A stretch of DNA of 63,890 nt, filler included, from Craspedostauros australis (lineage: Eukaryota): assembly GCA_030167865.1 (NCBI GenBank). It is 13 parts of 13 records of this genome, joined end to end, with 100 filler letters (N's around TTAATTAATTAA, not from the genome) between each part and the next. Parts side by side here need not be neighbours in the genome. Positions count along the whole stretch, not along the records: positions 44,622 to 51,891 come from JALAGF010003343.1; positions 51,992 to 54,457 come from JALAGF010003344.1; positions 54,558 to 57,972 come from JALAGF010003345.1; 10 more parts are not named here. One strand, written 5' to 3'. The notes beneath the pieces are model-generated. The model did not search any database. It was not told the origin of the DNA and was given only the letters and a program-made list of their open reading frames with translations. Made by a program: the position numbers and the translations under genes. This document shows positions 46,194 to 56,070 of this stretch, in pieces (the first letter of the stretch is position 1; each line of letters begins with the position of its first letter).

Positions 46194-47900
46194 ATGACCT
46201 CCGACGACGACGTGCTTTCTGATGCTCACACCATCTCGAAGCGGCTCGGTTGGCGTTGGTTCGACTCCATGCTCGAGGCCCTTGGTCTTGCCACTGACGG
46301 CGAGCTGTGCGATCTTCTCGACTCCCCCGATGACCTCTTCCATCAGCGCATGCTTGCGTGGGGCGACGATGATGGGGTTCGCATCCGTGGCATGTGGAAA
46401 CTTCGCGCGTGGTACGTGCTGCATGCCGATTCGGATGGTTGGGCCGGCGAGATCACCCCACGGGTGTTTCGGTCCTTCCTTCGCAAGGAGCGTGTAATTC
46501 CTGAGGCGTTCGCTCCATCCCAGGGCCGCCGCGCCCCTGCGACAAGCACTCCGCCTACTCCTACTGACGACGACCGTGCCAGTGGCGATGACCGTGCCCG
46601 TGACGGCGGTGACGCGCTCCCAGTGGTGCTAGAGGGTGAGATGACACCTGCTACGCCTACTGATGGTGTCGACGCGCTGCCCTCGGATGCTCCTCGCGTG
46701 CCTGAGTCTTCGACGTCTCCTGCCGCTGGTGATGCTCCTGAGTGGTGTGCTGCTGGGGGCGAGGACTTCGACTACATCACGGCATCTGGAGTTCCCTACG
46801 GCCTTGCCAATGCCAGTCCGTCGCTCCGCCGCCATGACACCTACCACATTGGCCCTTCTCTTGATCGCCTTGAGTACGGCGCCCAACAGACTTGGGATAA
46901 GTGGGCGCTGAAGCTTGTGGATGACGATCCGCATCGAGTCTTCCAGTGGTATGCTCAGTTCCAGGCAGCGGCTCTCTGCGTCGATCTCCACGTCTGCCCC
47001 TTGGATCTCTTCCGACCCCATCTGTCGGTCATCCCTGGCAATGTGGTGGGTCGCCGCGTCTTCGAGATGAACTCCAAGCTCGTTGTCAAGCTTCAAGCTG
47101 ATGGCGTCATCAATTCCAGCCATGCCGGCTTGCAGCTCAAGTATGCTGGCAGTTTTGGTGTTCTTCCCCACCAGCTGTCGGCGTACATGTTCCTGCACAA
47201 GATCCTTGCTGGGGCGTTCGACCAGGTGCAATCTCAGGTCCACAAGCATCCCACCTTCGAGGGGTCTGTGTCTGAGTTTGCCACTCGCCTCCTTGGGTTC
47301 CAGCATGTGGAAGGACTCGTTTTTCACCGTACGGTGACCGACATGGAGGTCAGCCGTCTCTTCCTTGAGGAGCTCCGGTCTCATGGGTACTCCCTTGATC
47401 ACTACCGCACGGCCATTCGCTCCGTGACCTCGCCCAAGTCCTTGCCGTTCAATCTCCACATTGAGCAGCTTGCTCAGGAGATTCCGGATCCTCCTGGATC
47501 TGGCGTGCAACCACTTGCTCATCGTGCTCAAACCCGGTCCCAACGGGCTCCGCGCGATGGTGGACGTGGCCAACGCCCTGAGCGCCCACGCCATGCGTTC
47601 TACAAGCCTGATCCGGGTGCATACTGCGAGGCGTGCTGCTCTATGGGCCACCGGGCCGCCACGTGCAAGATGTTTGGGCGCACTGCTCACCTCATCCAGT
47701 ATGTGGCCGACCATCCTGACGATGCCCGGCGCATTCGCGAGAGCTACCGCGAACACTTTGGCCCTGACAAGTTCAAGTCTACTGCTCGTGCCATCCAGCG
47801 CTTCGGCACTGTTGAGGACGCCCGAGTTGAGGATCTTCTGGTGTCCGATGACGTCGTTCATTCGCTCGACCTGGATTTTTGGTCCGCCGGTCAGGAGTAG
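46194..47900 (+). CDS. gag: Copia Gag
   Basis: Long ORF after the PBS with a CX2CX4HX4C knuckle (CEACCSMGHRAATC); ends with TAG at 47898..47900. Confidence 0.88.
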   Translation: MTSDDDVLSDAHTISKRLGWRWFDSMLEALGLATDGELCDLLDSPDDLFHQRMLAWGDDDGVRIRGMWKLRAWYVLHADSDGWAGEITPRVFRSFLRKERVIPEAFAPSQGRRAPATSTPPTPTDDDRASGDDRARDGGDALPVVLEGEMTPATPTDGVDALPSDAPRVPESSTSPAAGDAPEWCAAGGEDFDYITASGVPYGLANASPSLRRHDTYHIGPSLDRLEYGAQQTWDKWALKLVDDDPHRVFQWYAQFQAAALCVDLHVCPLDLFRPHLSVIPGNVVGRRVFEMNSKLVVKLQADGVINSSHAGLQLKYAGSFGVLPHQLSAYMFLHKILAGAFDQVQSQVHKHPTFEGSVSEFATRLLGFQHVEGLVFHRTVTDMEVSRLFLEELRSHGYSLDHYRTAIRSVTSPKSLPFNLHIEQLAQEIPDPPGSGVQPLAHRAQTRSQRAPRDGGRGQRPERPRHAFYKPDPGAYCEACCSMGHRAATCKMFGRTAHLIQYVADHPDDARRIRESYREHFGPDKFKSTARAIQRFGTVEDARVEDLLVSDDVVHSLDLDFWSAGQE

Positions 47901-47922
47901 ATGCATCTCCTGATGAACGGCG
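47873..47922 (+). promoter_or_regulatory. Putative -1 ribosomal frameshift signal: G_GAT_TTT + 5-nt spacer + stem-loop
   Basis: Heptamer 47873..47879 is in the gag frame. CGCCG/CGGCG and TCAGGAG/CTCCTGA stems follow, and pol is in the -1 frame. Confidence 0.78.
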
Positions 47923-50900
47923 TTCTCTCATGCATCGTCGCAGCGGGGCACATGCAGGCCATCACTCTGGTGGGGTGTCCGCGCTTACCATACCTGCTTA
48001 CGCTGGCGTTCCGCCAATCAAGATGGCCAGCGTTGCCATTGCACATGCGTGTCGCGTCCACTCTGCCCGGCATTCGAGTGGTCCTGAGCGTGCGTGGGAT
48101 CCTGGTGGCGGTCCTGGACAGTGCGATGTTGGCGCCAACGTCAGCGCCACGCCTGAGCGGTCCATCATCAGCCGGTACCGGGAGTATGCCCAGCCTGTGC
48201 TGCTCGCCGCTGCCAATGCTGGGTCGCCGTGCATGACATGCCCTGGGGGTGGCGTCATCTACGTCCCCAATGATGATGGTGGGGTCATCCACGTTGAGGC
48301 CATGTACTGCCCTGGGCTGTCCACTACGCTCATTTCGCCTCAGGCGGTCGTCCGACAGACTGACAACGACTTCGAGCGCTTTGTTCTCAGCTGTGGTCTG
48401 CACGATGCCACCATCACCTTTTGTGGACCTGGTGCACCTGTGTCCGCTACCATGCGACAGCACAATGGCCTCTACTTCTTCGATGATGGTGGTGTCCGTG
48501 CTCCCACGGCGTTTGCGCTGCAAGGATCTTCACCTGCACTGCGTGCTGAACTTTGGCATATGCGGCTGGGTCATTCTGGCATGCAGCAGCTTGCTCAGTT
48601 GCCCAAGCACTGCACTGGGTTACCTTCGCGGCTGTCCCAAGGTGCTCATCCCATGCGTCATTGCACTGCTTGCAGTCAGGCGCAGCGGCAAAAGGCAGCG
48701 CATGGGCCCAACGATCCTGATGTGGTGGCCGTCGCTGGTGCCCGTTTCCATGCGGATTTTGGGTTCATGCGGTCTTCTGGTCCCCGATATGGTCGGTCTT
48801 CGTCTCGAGGCAGCGCCAAGCATCATCGTGTGGTCCAGTCGTTGGAGGGATTCACATCCTACCTGTTGGTGACAGATGCATACACTCGGTACACGTGGGT
48901 ATTCCCCACCAAGGATCGGTCGCCGCCTGTGGACATCTTTTCGAAGCTCTTGCGCGACTTTGGGCGGCGCGATGGTCACCGTGCGGTGCGAGTCGACACC
49001 GGTGGAGAACTCGCTCGGTCCAGTGCGTTCCAAGAGATTGTACAGTCTGCTGGGTACAACCTCGAACCCACCGGTGCTGGCTGCTCGTGGATGAACGGCA
49101 AGGTGGAACGTCTCAACCGCACCTTTGGTGTCATGACTCGAGCGCTGCTGTACTCCTCTGGACTTCATCCGCGCTTCTGGGCCAGAGCTCTTGTACATGC
49201 CGTGTATATCAAGAACCGCTTGTGGCACAAATCCATCGACGCTACACCCTACGAGCTCCAACATGGTGTGAAGCCCGACGTCAGTCACTTGCGGGTGTTT
49301 GGATCACGTGTGACGGTTCGCAAACCTGGGTATCCCGCAGCCAAGCTGGATGTGCACACTTATGATGGCATATTTGTGGGGCACACAGCTACTCCATCGC
49401 TTCATGAGTACTACGACCTGGACTCAGGACGGATCAAGACTGCGGGCAACATCGTCTTTGACGAGGCTCACTTCTCTTCCACTGAGCGCCCACCTGGACC
49501 TCAATTGCTCTTCGAGCTTGGCTTCGAGATGGAAGTCGAGTCTGATGGTGTCAAGGTACCGGACAAACATGAACCAGGTCGCACCAGTCTACCTCTTGAG
49601 TGCATCGAGTCCATCACTCGCGACACAGATGATATCCATGCTGCGGCTGCTGCCTGTTCTATTCCGGCATCGCCCAGTTCGGACATTGTTGTCATGGCAG
49701 GTGATCCGTTCGACCTTGCTTTTGCTCAGACCATCGACATCACCGGCGACGATGACACGGCTGGCTTGGAGTTTTCCTACGATGACGCTCGCGGCCGTCT
49801 GCAGCTGGTGCGGTGCCGTCCAGGGTCCAAAGCTGCGCGCATTCCTCGCTGGCGCACTCGCATGCGGAATGCGCATCTGCTGCAGTTCCATGACAGCCCG
49901 GTGCACACCATGGAAGACCTCGCTCTCGCTGTGGCCAATGCTCGTAAGGGTGGCTTGACTCAGTGCGACGCCATCTTCGCCTTTGATGAGGTGCGCAATG
50001 CGCTGTCGCAGCGAGGGGTCCCTCAGCTGTACTTTGATCAGCTCCGGCATATTCGCGGGATTCTTGATGATGTGCAGCCTGCGGCGAATCAGGTGCATGC
50101 AGCTCCCAAGCTGAGCCGCCGAATGCTCCTTCAACGTGATGACTGGGAGGAATGGCAACAGGCTGAGTTCAAGCAGTTGGATCAGTATCATCATCAAGGC
50201 ATGTTTGGGACTCCTGTTGACGCGCCGCGCGATGCTGCCATCTTCAATTGGGTCTGGGTCTACGTGGTCAAAACGCACGAGAACAATCGCAAGAAGGCTC
50301 GAGCAGTTTGCGACGGATCCACCCGCGGCGGCAGCGTCCGAGTGTTTGGCCATACTTATGCGGCGACACCTGATCTCACCGAATTCAGGCTCCTGGTGGC
50401 AATTGCTGCTATTCAAGGGCTCCTTGTCTTTGGTGCGGATGTTGCGAATGCTTTTGCAGAGGCACCCGCCAGTGCTCAGCGGTACTACATGCGTGCGGAT
50501 GCTCCCTTTCGCAGCTGGTGGCAACACAAACATGGGGTTCACCTTGGCCGCAATGCAGTGGTGCCTGTTCTCAAGAACTTGCAGGGCCACCCGGAAGCAC
50601 CTCGACAGTGGAGTCTCCACGTTAATGGGATGCTCAAGGAGATGGGGTTTGCTGCCACCACTCATGCTCCGTGCCTATACACTGGGTCCATTGATGGGCA
50701 CAAGCTCTACGTCCTACGGCAAGTGGACGACTTTGCTGTTGCGACGGCAATGGAACATTCGTTCCAAGTCTTTTGCGACATGCTCGATCAACGGCTGCGT
50801 CAACCTATCACACGTCATGGCATTTTCTCTCACTACAATGGCCTGGACCTTACGCAGGGGCGCCATCACATCACTGTCCATTGCACTACGTATATCAACA

Positions 50901-51823
50901 AAGTGCTGGCACGCCACGATTGGAGTGACCTGAGGTCATCGCAACGCCTTCCCATGCGGTCTGACAGTGGGTATATCCGCAAGCTTGACCAAGGTGTGGG
51001 TCCTGATGACGATGGCGAGCGTGCTGCACTTCAGTCTGAATTTTTCAGCTATCGGCAGGCTATCGGTGAACTCATCTGGGCGATGGTGTCATGCAGACCT
51101 GACATCTCCTTTCCGGTTGTCAAGCTCAGTCAGTTCTCCATCAACCCTGCCAGAATCCACTACGAGGCTGTGAAATATCTCTTTCGGTATGTGGCTGCTA
51201 CTCGCACACATGGCATCACCTACTGGCGTGCACAGCCGGTTCTGCAGCTACCTCAGGTTCCTGATCCGCGACGAATGTCCCCTTCTGCTGACAAGTCGCA
51301 CCAGGTGGCTGACCAAGACACCATACAGGCGTCGTCCTTGTACGGGTACGTTGACGCGGATTGGGGCTCCGACACGCGCCACCGGCGGTCGACCACTGGC
51401 ATCGTATATCTCTTTGGCGGCGCTGCCATTGCTTGGAAGACTCGGATCCAGCCTACCATTGCTCTCAGCAGCTCTGAGGCCGAGTTTGTTGCGGCCAGCG
51501 ATGCTGGCAGGATGGCACTCTGGCTCCGCTCAATCCTCGACGAAATTGGCGTGCCCCAACAGCACGCCACGCTTCTTTACGAGGATAACAGGGGAGCTCG
51601 GATGATGGCGAATGCCAGCCAGCCCACGAAGAACTCAAGGCACATCGACATTCGCACGTTTGCAGTCTGCGACTGGGTGGAGCGTGATCTCATACTCATC
51701 GCGGACGTGGCTTCGGATCTGAATGCGTCGGACGTGTGCACCAAACAGACGTCGATTGTCTTGTTCCATCGACATACCGACCTCATCATGGGTCGGGTTA
51801 GGCCGTTTTATGTCGGAGGTTGA
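47879..51823 (+). CDS. pol: Copia Pol (protease, integrase, PDZ-like insert, RT, RNase H), in the -1 frame relative to gag
   Basis: CDVGAN protease; LWHMRLGH...CTAC; HADFGF...RVDTGGEL...NGKVER integrase; KKARAVCDG...RQVDD RT; YVDADW...EDNRGA...RHIDIR RNase H. No internal stops. Confidence 0.95.
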   Translation: MVRRSGVDASPDERRSLMHRRSGAHAGHHSGGVSALTIPAYAGVPPIKMASVAIAHACRVHSARHSSGPERAWDPGGGPGQCDVGANVSATPERSIISRYREYAQPVLLAAANAGSPCMTCPGGGVIYVPNDDGGVIHVEAMYCPGLSTTLISPQAVVRQTDNDFERFVLSCGLHDATITFCGPGAPVSATMRQHNGLYFFDDGGVRAPTAFALQGSSPALRAELWHMRLGHSGMQQLAQLPKHCTGLPSRLSQGAHPMRHCTACSQAQRQKAAHGPNDPDVVAVAGARFHADFGFMRSSGPRYGRSSSRGSAKHHRVVQSLEGFTSYLLVTDAYTRYTWVFPTKDRSPPVDIFSKLLRDFGRRDGHRAVRVDTGGELARSSAFQEIVQSAGYNLEPTGAGCSWMNGKVERLNRTFGVMTRALLYSSGLHPRFWARALVHAVYIKNRLWHKSIDATPYELQHGVKPDVSHLRVFGSRVTVRKPGYPAAKLDVHTYDGIFVGHTATPSLHEYYDLDSGRIKTAGNIVFDEAHFSSTERPPGPQLLFELGFEMEVESDGVKVPDKHEPGRTSLPLECIESITRDTDDIHAAAAACSIPASPSSDIVVMAGDPFDLAFAQTIDITGDDDTAGLEFSYDDARGRLQLVRCRPGSKAARIPRWRTRMRNAHLLQFHDSPVHTMEDLALAVANARKGGLTQCDAIFAFDEVRNALSQRGVPQLYFDQLRHIRGILDDVQPAANQVHAAPKLSRRMLLQRDDWEEWQQAEFKQLDQYHHQGMFGTPVDAPRDAAIFNWVWVYVVKTHENNRKKARAVCDGSTRGGSVRVFGHTYAATPDLTEFRLLVAIAAIQGLLVFGADVANAFAEAPASAQRYYMRADAPFRSWWQHKHGVHLGRNAVVPVLKNLQGHPEAPRQWSLHVNGMLKEMGFAATTHAPCLYTGSIDGHKLYVLRQVDDFAVATAMEHSFQVFCDMLDQRLRQPITRHGIFSHYNGLDLTQGRHHITVHCTTYINKVLARHDWSDLRSSQRLPMRSDSGYIRKLDQGVGPDDDGERAALQSEFFSYRQAIGELIWAMVSCRPDISFPVVKLSQFSINPARIHYEAVKYLFRYVAATRTHGITYWRAQPVLQLPQVPDPRRMSPSADKSHQVADQDTIQASSLYGYVDADWGSDTRHRRSTTGIVYLFGGAAIAWKTRIQPTIALSSSEAEFVAASDAGRMALWLRSILDEIGVPQQHATLLYEDNRGARMMANASQPTKNSRHIDIRTFAVCDWVERDLILIADVASDLNASDVCTKQTSIVLFHRHTDLIMGRVRPFYVGG

Positions 51824-53841
51824 CGGTTACCCGTCCTCTCTGTTACGACAGAGTCGATTCTTTCCGCTAGCTTACGCTAGCGTGGGGGGGGNNNNNNNNN
51901 NNNNNNNNNNNNNNNNNNNNNNNNNNNNNNNNNNNTTAATTAATTAANNNNNNNNNNNNNNNNNNNNNNNNNNNNNNNNNNNNNNNNNNNNATGTCACAG
52001 AACAAGCCTGCTCTGCAGATGGCATCCACTACTGACTGTGTGCGTGTGTGCAAGATTTCCACGACATGTCACTGAGCAACAGAGAATGGCTGAAGCACGA
52101 CAGCATGACTCCCTACCTTTTTCCTCAATCGTCCTATCAATAGCAAGCTTAACACATAAAACAAGCAATCAGAAACACTCTTCACAGCTTACTTCCAAGT
52201 CTACTAGAGTTACATCATCGTCTGACATAGCTTTGTCCTCAACATCAAACGGTGCCAAAGCCGGTTGAAGGACAGATCATCCTCCTGACAGCGTGCAAAA
52301 GACACGGAATACCAACTGTCCGAGTTGAATTTCGTAAGTTCCCGTTGTTCTCGCGAGTTGAAGTTCACTTAAGAACAGACTACGAGTTCGATTTTCATGT
52401 CCTGTTGTGGCACGATCCGGAAGGGAAGGCCTAGCTGACTGCCAGACTCAGTGAAGCTGTTGATGCAGTTAGCTAGGGATGGCTGTCTGGGAAGATGGTA
52501 GTAGGTGACAATGAGTAGATTAGTGCTGATGTGCTGATCTTGAGTTGTGCTATTTGTTACATTGAATAATCTGCATTGTGAGTTGATCAGTTTAAGATGT
52601 AGGATGAAGAAACGATGTTCAGTTGGATGGTGCGGCTCTGCACTGACCCTCAGAGGTTCAGTGCTGAGAACAGACGAAGCTCCTCTCTCTCACTCTCTCC
52701 ACTATCTGTAGTAGTTGTTCTGCACTCAAGTACAAAGCCTTGACATCTTGATTGAGGTTGCGATTGAGAACACAGGAGGGCAGGTGATAGGAATTACAGT
52801 TGGATTCCCTGCTTGTGTTGAAGCAGGGCGGATCTCTTCATTGTTGTCGAGTAGTGGTAGTAGGTGTCATAGCTGACAAGGGAATTGAGGCAAGTTGCAA
52901 TTCAAGGATTCAGGGGAGCATACAGTTACCAGAACAGCTTGGATCGAGTCATTTGAGTAGTTTGAGTCAGTGATGATCAGTGAATGGAAAAAGGAGGAAA
53001 AAAGAATGGAGGATTTGCTGTTGTTGTAGCTGGAAGATTTCGCGCCGAAGTGAATTTCGCGCGGCAATCTGGGACACACTGAAATGGAAAGTAGTCTGTT
53101 CTTAAGTGAACTTCAACTGTGCCCGTCCATTTGTTGTTCAATCGTATGTGCTGATGGTAGTACAGACAACACAGTCACCGGTCGACGGTCATATGAGGGG
53201 AAATACCATTTTTCGCAAGTTTTAGTGACGTCATGGTATATTCCAACTGATCAGGTTGTTTCAGTCGTTGATTCTGTCACAGATTCTTCCACGATGTGGT
53301 TCCAATCAAAACCTGAGATGTGCGCACATCACAAACACAAACATCGTGTCACCGTCACGTTTGTCATGTCTTGTGAACATCGTGGAGACCACGATGTTTG
53401 GAATCAACGAGCACACAACACGTTATCAAGGCGTGCAACATCGATTTGGGTGTTGCGATTGACAAACTCACAAATCAATCTCATAAATTGAGCCAAGTAG
53501 TCATCGAGCTTGAGGACCCAAGGAACTCGAGAGCAGAAGCAGCAGCAGTAGGTGGCAGCTCATCGCCAGAACCAACCACATTCCACCCCCCATCCCCCAT
53601 CAAACCAGTGAGTTCAATCATCTCACAGGTAGTCTGTCCAAGAGCCATGCTTTAGAATCATTCACATGCGCTGCTGATTGCACGCGGTTCCTCACTTTGC
53701 ACCTTGATCCTCCACCTTCGTTCCCCTTGATACCTCATATTACTATGCACGCACTGATAACACCACCAAACACAACCAAACCTTCCACCACAGCACGCAC
53801 GTCGAGTCCACGCATTTTCCACGACTGTTTCCCCCATCATC

Positions 53842-54457
53842 ATGCCGCGTCCACCGGATCGTGCCTTTTCTGTCCTTCACAATGCTTGTCGATCAGGCAA
53901 ACTGGACAGAGTCCGGCTCCTGGTCCCGGCTGGCCAACACAACGACAGCATAAACACCAAAGACGAACAAGGCAATACCCCATTTCATCTCGCTTGCATG
54001 GAGGGGCATTTGGGCGTGGTTGAGCACTTGGTTGAGTCCATTCCAGAGAGCATCGACTTCACCATCAAGAATACAAATGGTCAAACACCATGGCAAGTCG
54101 TTTGTGCGATGGGGCACACTAGTGTGGCTCAGTATCTGGCCAAATCAGCGCGCTTCAATATGGATATCAACTCGCAAGAGGCAAATGGTGACACAGTTCT
54201 GCATCTTGCGTGTCGCCGCGGGAGCACGGACATGGTGAGATTCTTGGTTGAGTCACACGATGACACCTTGGACATCAACGTGATGAACAAAGCTGGCGAG
54301 ACTCCATTCGGATGTGCCTGCGCACTTGGATGGCAAGAGATTGCTGGGTACTTGACTGAATCGGGCGTGCTCAATGTGGATGTCAACCTGCATGGCGAAG
54401 ATGCGTTGTCCCCTTTTCATGCTGCTTGCAGTCATGGCCATGTGGACTTGGTGAAAT
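53842..54457 (+). CDS. Ankyrin repeat protein, truncated by a gap
   Basis: Repeated GNTPFHLAC / GQTPWQVVC / GDTVLHLAC / GETPFGCAC / SPFHAAC units. Confidence 0.92.
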
Positions 54458-56070
54458 NNNNNNNNNNNNNNNNNNNNNNNNNNNNNNNNNNNNNNNNNNN
54501 NTTAATTAATTAANNNNNNNNNNNNNNNNNNNNNNNNNNNNNNNNNNNNNNNNNNNNCAACAGCAAATCCTCCATTCTTTTTTCCTCCTTTTTCCATTCA
54601 CTGATCATCACTGACTCAAACTACTCAAATGACTCGATCCAAGCTGTTCTGGTAACTGTATGCTCCCCTGAATCCTTGAATTGCAACTTGCCTCAATTCC
54701 CTTGTCAGCTATGACACCTACTACCACTACTCGACAACAATGAAGAGATCCGCCCTGCTTCAACACAAGCAGGGAATCCAACTGTAATTCCTATCACCTG
54801 CCCTCCTGTGTTCTCAATCGCAACCTCAATCAAGATGTCAAGGCTTTGTACTTGAGTGCAGAACAACTACTACAGATAGTGGAGAGAGTGAGAGAGAGGA
54901 GCTTCGTCTGTTCTCAGCACTGAACCTCTGAGGGTCAGTGCAGAGCCGCACCATCCAACTGAACATCGTTTCTTCATCCTACATCTTAAACTGATCAACT
55001 CACAATGCAGATTATTCAATGTAACAAATAGCACAACTCAAGATCAGCACATCAGCACTAATCTACTCATTGTCACCTACTACCATCTTCCCAGACAGCC
55101 ATCCCTAGCTAACTGCATCAACAGCTTCACTGAGTCTGGCAGTCAGCTAGGCCTTCCCTTCCGGATCGTGCCACAACAGGACATGAAAATCGAACTCGTA
55201 GTCTGTTCTTAAGTGAACTTCAACTCGCGAGAACAACGGGAACTTACGAAATTCAACTCGGACAGTTGGTATTCCGTGTCTTTTGCACGCTGTCAGGAGG
55301 ATGATCTGTCCTTCAACCGGCTTTGGCACCGTTTGATGTTGAGGACAAAGCTATGTCAGACGATGATGTAACTCTAGTAGACTTGGAAGTAAGCTGTGAA
55401 GAGTGTTTCTGATTGCTTGTTTTATGTGTTAAGCTTGCTATTGATAGGACGATTGAGGAAAAAGGTAGGGAGTCATGCTGTCGTGCTTCAGCCATTCTCT
55501 GTTGCTCAGTGACATGTCGTGGAAATCTTGCACACACGCACACAGTCAGTAGTGGATGCCATCTGCAGAGCAGGCTTGTTCTGTGACATGGATATGCTTC
55601 AAGACACGCGCAGGTTCTGCAAGATGGCAGATTTGGCAGGTGGCAGGAGTGCATGAGCTGGAGGATGAGCTGAGCGTGGATTGTGGTTCAACTACACACC
55701 ATGCATGTGGTAGCCTTTCATCCCGGTATCGGGTTGGGATACCAAATACCATGTACGCGACAACAACAATTGAGTCCGGTAACGTTTTGGGATCAAGTAT
55801 GTCCCAACTCGGATCATCTTGTATTCCACGATTCGCTCGACCGATACATCACCATTAAGTCGTGCATGAGTTGAATCCCGAACCACATCAAGAAATCCAA
55901 CAACAAACGAGAACGCTGCGTTTGGCGCCACCACCAAAGCACAAATGCATCTCACTCAGCTCAGCCTCTCACACTCTGCAGACCGCGTCCATCTCTGAAA
56001 GGTGATCAGGACCACAAAAGGAACAACTCCAACCACGACTCCAACAACTCCAACCACGGCGAAGAACACA

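Larger units (their letters stand above)
45932..51891 (+). mobile_element. Ty1/Copia LTR retrotransposon (CoDi-like), near complete; 3' LTR lost in a gap
   Basis: 5' LTR, PBS-like site, gag, pol with PR-IN-RT-RH order and a G-run PPT at 51884..51891. The empty site is visible at 53303/53304. Confidence 0.95.

Noticed and set aside
46629..50665. Long antisense ORFs (425, 222 and 358 aa) within the Copia element
   Set aside because: Expected shadows of GC-rich, codon-biased sense ORFs; no motifs recognised.
54558..55589. Large inverted duplication of 44622..45653
   Set aside because: Identical sequence ending at the first allelic difference; best explained as the shared flank re-emitted in a reverse-oriented contig.
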